From Chloroflexota bacterium (GTDB taxonomy: Bacteria; Chloroflexota; Limnocylindria; Limnocylindrales; CSP1-4): 62,614 bases of DNA. Both the position numbers and the translations under genes were made by a program. Position 1 is the first letter of the stretch. Every line of letters begins with the position of its first letter. Below, in pieces: positions 17,563 to 26,421 of this stretch. The stretch is from NCBI GenBank assembly GCA_016781485.1, contig JADDQH010000005.1, forward strand, positions 1 through 62,614, written 5' to 3'. The notes beneath the pieces were generated by a model, which saw only the letters and a program-made list of their open reading frames with translations, did no database searches and was not told where the DNA came from.

Positions 17563-18927
17563 TCAGTTCAGGTAGGCCGGCTCGGCGTAGCGATCCGAGT
17601 CGACGTAGGAGACGAAGCGCGTCTGGCGCTTCTTGAACCACAGCTTCGTCTCGCCCGTCGGGCCGTTGCGGTGCTTGGCCAGCCTGAGGTTGATCACCTC
17701 CCCGTCGGCGTCGGCGTCCTCGGCACCGCGCTCCTTCTCGCGCCACAGGAACATGACGAGGTCGCTGTCCTGCTCGATGGAGCCCGATTCGCGGAGGTCG
17801 GACAGTCGTGGCTCCTTCGACTCCCGCATCTCGGCCTGCCGCGACAGCTGCGAGAGCGCGATGACAGGCACTTCGAGCTCTCGCGCCAGCGCCTTGAGCC
17901 CCCTGGAGATCTCGGTCACCTCCTGGACGCGGTTCGCGTCCCGCGACGCGAGCGTCGACTGCATCAGCTGCAGGTAGTCGACGATCACGAGGTCGAGACC
18001 GGCCTCTGCCTGGAGTCGGCGTGCCTTCGTCCGGAGCTCCATCGTGCTGATGTTCGGGGTGTCGTCGATGAAGACGGGCGCCTCGGCGAGCGCGTTCATC
18101 GCCGGCGCGAGTCGGGTGAAGTCCATCTCCTCGAGGAACCCGGTCCGGAGCCGCTGCGAGTCGATGTTGGACACCGAACTGAGCAGACGCAGCACGAGCT
18201 GCTCCTTGCTCATCTCGAGGCTGAAGACGCCGACCGTCTTGCCCTCGCGGACGGCCGCATGCTCCGCAAAGTTCAAGGCGAGGCTCGTCTTCCCGATGCT
18301 CGGCCGCGCGGCGACGATGATCAGGTCCGACTTCTGGAGGCCGGTGGTCAGCGCGTCGAGATCGGCGAAACCGGTCCGGATGCCGCTGATCTCGCCCTTG
18401 TGCTGGTGGAGGTAGTCCAGCCGGTCGTAGGCGGCGTGGAGTAGGTGACGAAGGGGGCTGAAACCGGTCTCGACGCGCTTCTGGCTGACCGCGAACAGCT
18501 CCTGCTCCGCCCGATCGATCGCCTCGGAGACCTCGGCGCCCTCGTCGTACCCGATCGCCGCGATCTTTCCCGCTGCCCCGATCAGGTTGCGCAGGAGCGC
18601 CTTGCGCTCGACGATCCTCGCGTAGTGGACGGCATTGACTGCAGTCGGCGTCAGATTGATGAGGCTCGTGAGGTAGGAGGAGCCGCCGACCTGCTCCAGC
18701 TCGTCACGCCTCGCGAGGACCTCGGAGACAGTGACGATGTCGACCGGTTCACGCCGTTCGTACAGGTCCAGGACCGCCCGGTAGATGGTCCCGTGGTGAC
18801 CCCGGTAGAAGTCTTCCGGCCGCAGGAACTCCGCCACCTCGATCACCGCGTCCCGGTCGATGAGCAGGGCACCCAGCACCGACTGCTCGGCCTCGATGGC
18901 CTGGGGCGGCAAACGGTCGATCGACAA
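17563..18927 (-). CDS. dnaB: replicative DNA helicase DnaB
   Basis: PPQAIEAEQSVLGALL N-terminus, Walker A ARPSIGKTS, IVDYLQLM and RELEVPVIALSQLSR motifs. Confidence 0.97.
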   Translation of the reverse strand: MSIDRLPPQAIEAEQSVLGALLIDRDAVIEVAEFLRPEDFYRGHHGTIYRAVLDLYERREPVDIVTVSEVLARRDELEQVGGSSYLTSLINLTPTAVNAVHYARIVERKALLRNLIGAAGKIAAIGYDEGAEVSEAIDRAEQELFAVSQKRVETGFSPLRHLLHAAYDRLDYLHQHKGEISGIRTGFADLDALTTGLQKSDLIIVAARPSIGKTSLALNFAEHAAVREGKTVGVFSLEMSKEQLVLRLLSSVSNIDSQRLRTGFLEEMDFTRLAPAMNALAEAPVFIDDTPNISTMELRTKARRLQAEAGLDLVIVDYLQLMQSTLASRDANRVQEVTEISRGLKALARELEVPVIALSQLSRQAEMRESKEPRLSDLRESGSIEQDSDLVMFLWREKERGAEDADADGEVINLRLAKHRNGPTGETKLWFKKRQTRFVSYVDSDRYAEPAYLN

Positions 18928-19070
18928 CTTCCACTCCTCGCGTGGGTCGGAAACGCGCCGGAATCGTGCGGGCGGAGAGCACGCGGCGGCTAGGTAGTTA
19001 CCGACGGATCTCTTCCACGAAGTGTCGTGCCGGGTGTGGACGCTGTGGAAGGAGCCACGGCATGGCGGCT

Positions 19071-19721
19071 CTAATCGAGGCGGCGGATGACCCCGATCAG
19101 CTTGCCCTGGATGCGCACGTCCTCGTAGTACTGCGGCGGGTACGCGTCATTCGCCGGCTGGAGTCGGACACGCCCCTTCTCCTTGAAGAAGCGCTTGAGC
19201 GTCACCGAGTTGTCCTCCACCTGGGCGACGACGATGTCCCCGTTGTGCGCTGTCTGCTGGGGGCGGATGACGACGTAGTCGCCGTCCGTGATGTGCGCTT
19301 CGATCATCGAGTCGCCTCGGACACGCAGCACGTACGCATCGCCCGTTGGCGCGAGCATCTCCGGCACCGACAACATCTCGCGGACGTCCTGGTATGCCTC
19401 GATCGGACCGCCGGCCGCGATCTCGCCGATGACCGGCAGCAGGCTCGCCTCCTGGCCGGCGACCTGGGGCACCAGCTCGTTGGTGAGACCCGCATGGAGT
19501 GCCGCCGTCGGCGTGAGACGAAGGGCCCTCGACTGGGTCGCTCCCCGTTCGAGGTATCCCTCCTTCTCGAGCGCCGAGAGGTGGTGATGGACGGCCGAGG
19601 TGGAAGCGAGCCCGACCGCGCGTGCGATTTCGCGCACGGACGGCGGATAGCCGCGTGCGCGCAGCGTTGCCGCGATGTAGTCGATGATCCTCTGCTTCCG
19701 CGCCGCGTCGTGCTTGGTCAG
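19071..19721 (-). CDS. lexA: LexA repressor (probable CTG start)
   Basis: HTH REIARAVGLASTSAVHHHLSALEKEGYL. S24 peptidase part has GDSM and VAQV...VTLKRF. The conserved N-terminus LTKHDAARKQRIIDYIAATLRARGYPPS lies upstream of the first GTG. CTG 19721 is preceded by GGAGG at 6-nt spacing. Confidence 0.9.
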   Translation of the reverse strand: MTKHDAARKQRIIDYIAATLRARGYPPSVREIARAVGLASTSAVHHHLSALEKEGYLERGATQSRALRLTPTAALHAGLTNELVPQVAGQEASLLPVIGEIAAGGPIEAYQDVREMLSVPEMLAPTGDAYVLRVRGDSMIEAHITDGDYVVIRPQQTAHNGDIVVAQVEDNSVTLKRFFKEKGRVRLQPANDAYPPQYYEDVRIQGKLIGVIRRLD

Positions 19722-19748
19722 GCCACACCTCCTTCCCGGCGAAGAGTA

Positions 19749-19764
19749 CCGAACGTATGTTCGG
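19749..19764. promoter_or_regulatory. SOS box (LexA operator) CCGAACGTATGTTCGG
   Basis: Perfect GAAC-N4-GTTC palindrome. It lies exactly in the 17-bp spacer between the minus-strand TTGACA (19766-19771) and TACTCT (19743-19748) of the lexA promoter. Confidence 0.8.
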
Positions 19765-19795
19765 TTGTCAACGGCAGGATATACTCCGTGCGCCC

Positions 19796-20365
19796 ATGTT
19801 CCGTTCCGCGCGTTCCGGAGGCCGTCTGGGCTTCGTGCGCACCCTCAACTACCTCGCCTTCGCGCCCCTCGCAGCGCGTGCGCCGATGTACGCACGATTG
19901 CTGTGGGCACTCCTCCGCGACGACCGGATCCCGAGCTCGCAGAAGGCCGTCGTCGGCCTCGCGGCCGGGTATCTCGTGCTGCCGTTCGACCTCATCCCCG
20001 AGGTCGTCCCGGTAGTCGGCAGGCTGGACGACGTGGCGGTGATCGTGCTCGCGCTCGACATCTTCCTCGAGAACGTCTCGCCGGAGCTGTTGGACGAGAA
20101 GCTCGCGGAGCTCGAGATCGACCGCGCGGAGCTCGAGCGCGATCTGCGGCAGGTGCGCCGGTACGTCCCGCGACCACTGCGGCGCGCCTTCCTGCGCCTG
20201 CCCGACGCGATCGAGGGCGTCGCGTCGCTCATGCGCGATGCCGGAGTCGATCGCCGCCTCCGCGCGTTCCTGGAGAGCGCGGGCGACTCGGTCCGGGCGG
20301 AGCGCGCGAGGCGGGTCGGGGGGCCGGATGATCCGCCCCTCCCCGCACGCCCGATGACAAGCTGA
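19796..20365 (+). CDS. DUF1232 (YkvA-like) membrane protein
   Basis: YLVLPFDLIPEVVPVVGRLDDVAVIVLALDIF is the DUF1232 signature. TATACT at 19780-19785 lies 10 nt upstream of the ATG. Divergent from lexA and shares the SOS-box region. Confidence 0.7.
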   Translation: MFRSARSGGRLGFVRTLNYLAFAPLAARAPMYARLLWALLRDDRIPSSQKAVVGLAAGYLVLPFDLIPEVVPVVGRLDDVAVIVLALDIFLENVSPELLDEKLAELEIDRAELERDLRQVRRYVPRPLRRAFLRLPDAIEGVASLMRDAGVDRRLRAFLESAGDSVRAERARRVGGPDDPPLPARPMTS

Positions 20366-20421
20366 AGCACGATGGGAACCATGACCACTGCAGGAAGGAC
20401 CCCCAGGAGGAAAGGGCGCGC

Positions 20422-20868
20422 GTGAAAGTCATCCTCACGAACGACGTCGAGAAGCTCGGCAAGAGCGGCGAGCTCCGGGAAGTGGCCGACGGGTATGCCC
20501 GCAACTTCCTCATCCCGCGGAACCTGGCCGTCCCCGCATCCGGCGGCGCCTACCGCGCATGGCAGCACGACATCGCGAGCCGCGAGGAGAAGCGGAAGCG
20601 GGAGCGCGAGGAGGCGGAGATCGCCGCGCAGCGCATCTCGAGCACGACGCTCACGATGGGTGTCAAGGTCGGCGAGGGCGGCAAGCTCTACGGCTCGATC
20701 ACGGCGAAGGACATCGCAGACGCGCTCGGGCGGCGCGGGATCGTCGTCGACCGGCACAAGGTCGACCTGGAGGAGCCGCTCAAGACGCTCGGGACCTACA
20801 AGGTCGCAGTCCGCGTCCTCCCCGGCCTCGCGCCGGAGGTCACGGTCGCAGTCGAGCCGAAGGGCTGA
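20422..20868 (+). CDS. rplI: 50S ribosomal protein L9
   Basis: MKVILTNDVEKLGKSGELREVADGYARNFLIPRNLA is the canonical L9 N-terminus. 148 aa. Confidence 0.95.
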   Translation: MKVILTNDVEKLGKSGELREVADGYARNFLIPRNLAVPASGGAYRAWQHDIASREEKRKREREEAEIAAQRISSTTLTMGVKVGEGGKLYGSITAKDIADALGRRGIVVDRHKVDLEEPLKTLGTYKVAVRVLPGLAPEVTVAVEPKG

Positions 20869-20933
20869 CGCCGGAGGTCACGGTCCCGCGGCGGACGCCA
20901 TAAGCTCGGTCCCCGCTCTGCATCCGGGGCCTG

Positions 20934-21467
20934 ATGTCCGGATCGGGCGACGCGGGCGATCGGCACCGGAAGCCGGACGATGACCGTGAGTTGCGGCGAC
21001 AGCTGCTGGGTCTGCTGCGCGGCGAGGCGCACCTGGGGTTCGAGGAGGCCGTTCGGGACTTTCCGACCGACGCGATCAACCTCCGACCGCCGAACGTGCC
21101 CTACACGCCGTGGGCGATCCTGGAGCACACGCGGATCACGCAGTGGGACATCCTCGAGTACATCCGTTACCCCGAGCACGTCTCGCCCGAGTGGCCGGAC
21201 GGTTACTGGCCCGATCCTGACAGGCAGGTCACGCGCGAGGAGTACGAGGAGACGCTGCGCGGCTTTCGATCGGACCTGCATGCGATCGAGGAGCTGGTAC
21301 GGGACCCCGCCATCGACCTCCTGGCGCCGCTCGGTCACACTCCCGGCCACTCCATCCTCCGTGAGGTGCGCCTAATCGGCGACCACAACGCCTATCACAT
21401 CGGCGAGTTCGCGATCCTCCGACAGGTCATGGGCACATGGCCGAAACGTGTCAGCGCGACCGGATGA
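20934..21467 (+). CDS. DinB-family (DinB_2/YfiT-like) four-helix-bundle protein
   Basis: WAILEHTRITQWDILEYI ... GDHNAYHIGEFAILRQVMG has a His-containing pattern typical of the DinB superfamily. This is unrelated to polymerase DinB. Confidence 0.75.
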   Translation: MSGSGDAGDRHRKPDDDRELRRQLLGLLRGEAHLGFEEAVRDFPTDAINLRPPNVPYTPWAILEHTRITQWDILEYIRYPEHVSPEWPDGYWPDPDRQVTREEYEETLRGFRSDLHAIEELVRDPAIDLLAPLGHTPGHSILREVRLIGDHNAYHIGEFAILRQVMGTWPKRVSATG

Positions 21468-21497
21468 CGCGGCGTGAGCGGCCTCGCCGTCCAGCCG

Positions 21498-23019
21498 CTA
21501 GTGGGCCTCGACCTCCCTGTGCTCGAGGTCGCGTACCGCAGGCCCCTCGATCACCCGTCCGTCGAGATCGAAGCGCGACCCGTGGCAAGGGCAGTCCCAG
21601 CTGCTCTCGGCGGGGGTTGAAGGAGACGATGCAGCCCATGTGCGTGCAGCGCGCCGAGAGGGCGTGGACGTTGCCATCCGAGGCGCGGTAGACCGCCAGC
21701 CTTTCTCCGTCGTGATCGATCACGGCCCCTTCGCCGTTCCCGAGCTCTGGTAGCGACGGCGTTCGGGCGACGCGGTCGCCGATGGATCGCCGCGCGACGT
21801 TGACGTTCTCCTTGACGAGCGATGGCGCGGACTGCCGCGGCCGCAGTCGCGTTGCGTCGAACAGAGAGAGCCAGGGGTTCGGACGGTCGAGGACGACGTC
21901 CCTGAGCATCATCGCCGCGGCCGTCCCGTTCGACATGCCCCACTTCTTGAAGCCGGTCGCGACGAGCACCCGCTCAGCCCCACCCGGCATCCGCCCGACG
22001 TACGGGACACCGTCGGCGGGGATGTAGTCCTGTGCCGACCAGCGGTAGTCGATCGTGTCGACCCCGAAGCGCTCTCGCGCCCACTGTTCGATCGCGTCGT
22101 AGTGCCGTTGCGCCTCGGGGTCCTGCCCGGTCTTGTGCTCCTCACCCTCGACGACGAGGAACGCCTGGCCGTCACCGAGGTGAGGACGGACGGACCTGGT
22201 CGGCGAGTCCGCGCTGAGGAACATGCCGTCGAGCGGGCCGCCGTCGATCCGCCTCGCGAGCGCGTAGGAGCGACTGGGGTGTGTCTTCGCGAAGAAGCCG
22301 CCTGGGTCGTGGAACGGGAGGAGCGTCGCGATGACGACGTGGCCGGCAACGACGGCGCCCCCGTCGGTCGCGACCTCGTAGCGCCCGTCGCGCTGCTCGA
22401 CGTGCTTCGCTCGGGAGCCCTCGAACAGCCGGCTCCCGCCGCCGTCGACCAACGCACCCAACGCGAGGCAGTACTTGCGGGGGTGGAACAGTGCCTGGTG
22501 GTCGAATCGGATGGCGCCGCGGACGTCGTACGGGAGCGGCACATCCCGCGCGTAGGTCGCCGGCAACCCGAGTCGGAGGCTTGCTTCGACCTCGGCCTCG
22601 ATCTGCGGGATCGCCTCCTGGGACTCCGTGTAGGTGTAGGCCGGCATCCGCGTGAAGTCACACTCGATCGAGTTGACCGCGACGACCCTCGCCACCTCGG
22701 CGATCGCGCGCTCGTTCGCCTCCCCGTAGAGACGCGCCCCCTCCTCGCGGAACCGGGAGACCAGGTCTGCATAGATCAGTCCGTGCAGCGATGTGACTTT
22801 CGCCGTCGTGCGACCCGTCGTCCCTGTCGCGATCCGCCTCGCCTCGAGAACGGCGACCGAGACGCCCGCCTCCTTCAGCAGGTACGCCGTCGTCAAACCG
22901 GTGATACCGCCGCCGACGACCGCGACGTCGACCGATATCGTCCCCGACAGTGACGGGTACGAAGTCTCCGGGGTGGTGCCCTCCCAGAGCGAGACATTGC
23001 GCTCGCTGACCATGTCCAT
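21498..23019 (-). pseudogene. FAD-dependent oxidoreductase fused to a Rieske [2Fe-2S] domain, frameshifted in the Rieske domain
   Basis: FAD motif VAVVGGGITGLTTAY. Rieske box I CTHMGC is in the main frame. Box II CPCHGSRF and the natural end ...LEHREVEAH* (stop at 21498) are in another frame. The switch is at a C5 run (plus strand GGGGG, 21612-21616). Confidence 0.8.
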
Positions 23020-23189
23020 CGTCTCCCGGCCGCTTCTATCGCTAGTCGCGATGGAGGATAGAAACCAGGGATCGAGCAGTCAAACGCGCAGATCGAGGCC
23101 GCGGCCGTTTTGCTCCGCTTGGAAGGGTCCTGGCACGGGGCGACGATCGAGGCGCCTGACGTCTGCTGCGCCGAGGGCGACGGCAGCGT

Positions 23190-24140
23190 TCAAGTCGGCA
23201 TGGCTGCGCGGAGCCCCCCACGCTCGACGATCAGGTCGACGAGGTCTACGAACGGGTCGAATCCGACGACATCCGGCGCGTCGGCGACGAAGTTCGAGAG
23301 CGCGTTCAGGTCGTAGAAGTACGCTCGCCCGTCGCGCTCGTTCACGAGGTACTCGACCCCGCCCAGGTCCATGCCGGCTGCTGCCACCCAGCGACGCGCG
23401 TCCTCGATCAGCGATGGAGGGGGATCGTGGGCCTGTACCGGCAGGCCGCGCCCGGAGACGCCGTCGCGAAGTCCCGGCAGTTCGCAGTAGTCGGCAGGGC
23501 AGAGGTTGAACGTGCCGGGCGTGAGCAGCAGGCGTATCGCATACAGGAAGCGACCGTCGAGGATCTCGATCCGGATGATCGCGTCGCCTTCCGCGGGCAG
23601 ATGCTCCTGCACGAGCGCCGTCTGGTCGATCCCGAACTCCAGCATGCCGTTCGCCGCCGCCTCGCCGAGCTCACCCGGGGTGGCGAAGGACCGGACGCCC
23701 GCACCGCTACCGGCGAGGTTGGGTTTGACGAGGACGGGGTATCGGAGATCCTCTGCCGCGGCGACGGCCTGCGAGTGGTGGTTGATGACGCGCGTCCGCG
23801 GGTAGCGGAGGCCGAGCGACGCCGCGAGCGCCGCCTGCCGTGCCTTTGAGAGCTCGGTTCGGAACGCGGGGTGGCCGTTCACGACGCTCGCCCCAATGTC
23901 GTCGAGCCAGGCGAGGTAGTGGAGGCTCTGGAAGATCGCGCGGCCGTGCCCGCGTGTCCAGGCGGAGGGGCTCATGCGGTTGACGACGAGCGAGTAGGGC
24001 ACATCGCGCTCGCCCGGGTCGAACGAGTGCTCCGCGGCATGGACAGGCTGGTAGTGGACCCCACGGCGGTCGAGCTCCGCAAAGAGTGGCTTGAACCACT
24101 CCGGGTGCTCGTAGAGGATGGCGATCGGCTTCGTACTCAT
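23190..24140 (-). CDS. ATP-grasp domain protein (RimK/glutathione-synthetase-like ligase)
   Basis: 316 aa. YPVLVKPNLAGSGAGV and EYLVNERDGRAYFYDLN are ATP-grasp-like segments. Confidence 0.75.
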   Translation of the reverse strand: MSTKPIAILYEHPEWFKPLFAELDRRGVHYQPVHAAEHSFDPGERDVPYSLVVNRMSPSAWTRGHGRAIFQSLHYLAWLDDIGASVVNGHPAFRTELSKARQAALAASLGLRYPRTRVINHHSQAVAAAEDLRYPVLVKPNLAGSGAGVRSFATPGELGEAAANGMLEFGIDQTALVQEHLPAEGDAIIRIEILDGRFLYAIRLLLTPGTFNLCPADYCELPGLRDGVSGRGLPVQAHDPPPSLIEDARRWVAAAGMDLGGVEYLVNERDGRAYFYDLNALSNFVADAPDVVGFDPFVDLVDLIVERGGLRAAMPT

Positions 24141-24204
24141 GGCGTCCTAACGAGGGGGGCGAGCGCCCCGGCCGAGATCGACCGGGGCGCTGAGGGTTGA
24201 TGGA

Positions 24205-24750
24205 TCACGCGATCGGCTCGACGCGCGAGTCGATGGCGGCGCCGTTCCGGATGTTGTCGAAGAGCGGCGACGTCCGCTCCGCCGCGGCCCGGATCTCCTG
24301 GAGGACCTCCGGGGAGGCGTCAGTGTCGACCTTGACGCTGTAGCGGATCCCGGTGTACCCGGGCCGCACCGTCTCGTCGAGCCCCAGGTATCCACGAAGG
24401 TCGTAGTCGCCATCGACCTCGATCCGGAGGTCGCGGAAGTCGACGCCGCGCTTTGCGGCCTGCGTCACCCACCCGATCGTGAGGCAGGTACCGAGCGACG
24501 CGAGGAGGAGCTCCATCGGGTCGACTGCCTGATCGGTGCCGCCGAGCGGCGCCGGTTCGTCGGTCTCGACCGTGAAGGAGCGGGCGGTCGTCCGCGCGCG
24601 CGCTCCATCCTCCCAGGTCGTGATGGTCTTGAACCCGCCCTTTCCGATGTCAGGGTCGACCGCCACAGCCTCGCGCGTACGCTCGAACGCGTGCAGGTCG
24701 ATGTTCGTGCAGCTCTTGGTGATGGTTCCGTCAGTCATGAGATGAGGCAC
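24205..24750 (-). CDS. OsmC family protein
   Basis: PMELLLASLGTCLTIG ... TSPLFDNI are the conserved OsmC/Ohr-type Cys motif and C-terminal motif. The start may be ATG 24738. Confidence 0.85.
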   Translation of the reverse strand: MPHLMTDGTITKSCTNIDLHAFERTREAVAVDPDIGKGGFKTITTWEDGARARTTARSFTVETDEPAPLGGTDQAVDPMELLLASLGTCLTIGWVTQAAKRGVDFRDLRIEVDGDYDLRGYLGLDETVRPGYTGIRYSVKVDTDASPEVLQEIRAAAERTSPLFDNIRNGAAIDSRVEPIA

Positions 24751-24962
24751 TCCAGGGACAACGAAGGTAGGTGGAACGAAGGGGGTGCGGGGAGGAGCGA
24801 GGAGAACGAGCTGGCGGCGCGCGCCTCAGGGCGCGCAGCGGCGTCAGACGGCGCGGCACGTCCGGCGGGAAGGTTCTCCCCGCCAGGGACAGATACAGGG
24901 CCACCAGTGAAGGCCGAGGCTTGGCTCGTTCATGCATTCGGAACCATAACGGAAGGCGGAAG

Positions 24963-26225
24963 ATGCGTCGCATGACCGGCCCGACGATCCTCCATGTCGA
25001 TCTCGACGCGTTCTTCGCGGCCGTCGAGCAGCGCGACCGAGCCGAGCTCCGGGGCAAGCCCGTGATCGTCGGTGGCGGAGGGCCGAACGACCGCGGTGTC
25101 GTCAGCACTGCCTCCTACGAGGCACGCGTCTTCGGCGTCCGCTCCGCGATGCCGCTGCGAACCGCCGGTCGTCTGTGCCCGCACGGGATCTTCGTGCCGG
25201 TGGACGGGGCGAAGTACGCGAGAGTCAGCCGGCAGGTGATGGCGATCTTGCGTCGTTTCACGCCACGCGTGGAGCAGGTTTCCATCGACGAGGCCTTCCT
25301 CGACGTCGCCGGCTCGGCGGCGCTGTTCGGGTCTGCCGAGTCGATCGCCGCGGCGATCAAGTCGGCCATCCGCGACGAGCTCGAGTTGACGGCGTCCGTC
25401 GGCGTCGGCGGCAGCAAGCTCGTTGCGAAAGTGGCGTCCGACCTGCACAAGCCGGACGGGCTGGTCGTCGTCCCCGTCGGCGAGGAGGCTTCGTTCCTCG
25501 CGCCCCTGCCGATCTCCCGCCTGTGGGGCGTGGGGCCGCAGACACGCAAGGTGCTCGGAGAGTACGGCGTGGCGACCATCGGGGACTTGGCGTCACTCCC
25601 GGAAGACCTGCTGCAGCGCCGGTTGGGGAAGCACGGGCGCGAACTGCTGTCGCGGGCGAGGGGGATCGACGCGTCACCCGTTGGTGACGATGCGGAGGCG
25701 AAGTCGGTCAGCCACGAGCACACATTCGACGTGGACACGGGTGACTGGGAGATCCTGGAACGGACATTGCTCGGGCTCGCGGAAGGTGTTGCTGAACGGC
25801 TGCGAAAGGGGGGCGTGAAGGCCGGCACGATCGGGGTCAAGGTCCGGGATCAGGATTTCGTGACCCTGACTCGGCAGCGGACGCTGCCGGAGCCGACGGA
25901 CCTTCCCGAGACGATCTGGCAGACGGCCGTCGACCTCGCTCGACGCGAGGTGCGCGGGGTCCTCGTGCGGCTAATCGGGATCGCCGCATCAAACCTGTCG
26001 GACCGCGAGCAGCTCGGCCTGTTCGCGGAAGCGGAGGGGCGCAAGCGGAAGGCGATCGAGGCGGCCGATGCGATCAGGGGTCGCTTCGGGCCGCGCGCGA
26101 TCACCCGGGCCCGCCTGCTCGAGACCGACGTCGCCGCGCCGTTCGAGCGTGACTTCAGCCACGCGCCGGAAGCGAAGCGCGTCGGGAAGCAGCGACCAGG
26201 AGGCCACGCCGAGGACGACAGCTGA
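24963..26225 (+). CDS. dinB: DNA polymerase IV (Y-family)
   Basis: ILHVDLDAFFAAVEQRD, SIDEAFLDV and KLVAKVASDLHKPDG. Catalytic acidic residues are present. ATG 24963 chosen as the start; the track ORF is over-extended. Confidence 0.93.
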   Translation: MRRMTGPTILHVDLDAFFAAVEQRDRAELRGKPVIVGGGGPNDRGVVSTASYEARVFGVRSAMPLRTAGRLCPHGIFVPVDGAKYARVSRQVMAILRRFTPRVEQVSIDEAFLDVAGSAALFGSAESIAAAIKSAIRDELELTASVGVGGSKLVAKVASDLHKPDGLVVVPVGEEASFLAPLPISRLWGVGPQTRKVLGEYGVATIGDLASLPEDLLQRRLGKHGRELLSRARGIDASPVGDDAEAKSVSHEHTFDVDTGDWEILERTLLGLAEGVAERLRKGGVKAGTIGVKVRDQDFVTLTRQRTLPEPTDLPETIWQTAVDLARREVRGVLVRLIGIAASNLSDREQLGLFAEAEGRKRKAIEAADAIRGRFGPRAITRARLLETDVAAPFERDFSHAPEAKRVGKQRPGGHAEDDS

Positions 26226-26301
26226 GCGAGGCCAGCTCGACCCGAAGGTCGCGTCGACCGCGAACGCCGGCTCGACCGACGTCCCCAACGAAGATCGGGT
26301 C

Positions 26302-26356
26302 TTGACGTAGTACATCCGTTCCATTTATCGTGGCGGCGTAATAGAACACATGTTCT
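26302..26356 (+). promoter_or_regulatory. promoter TTGACG-18-TATCGT followed by SOS box AGAACACATGTTCT
   Basis: TTGACG at 26302-26307 and TATCGT at 26326-26331. A perfect GAAC-N4-GTTC palindrome at 26343-26356 covers the predicted transcription start region. Confidence 0.7.
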
Positions 26357-26421
26357 CTCGCCGCCGTTCGTGCCCGGGACGGAGAGGAACACAGGAAGCC
26401 CCCGGAAAGGAGCTTGTTCCG

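Noticed and set aside
19147-19728. 193-aa ORF overlapping lexA in another frame.
   Set aside because: It is Arg/Gly/Pro-rich off-frame translation of lexA. The lexA frame carries all the family motifs.
21612-21616. Programmed ribosomal frameshifting at the C5 run in the Rieske domain, and likewise at the fhs and MFS breaks.
   Set aside because: There is no slippery heptamer or stimulatory structure, and the three sites have unrelated contexts. Both halves are needed for a single domain, so indel error or pseudogenisation is the simpler explanation.
24881-24962. Possible SOS box upstream of dinB (CGTTCATGCATTCGGAAC).
   Set aside because: The half-sites are in the wrong orientation and spacing (GTTC-N9-GAAC rather than GAAC-N4-GTTC). 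It is not comparable to the two perfect boxes at 19749 and 26343.
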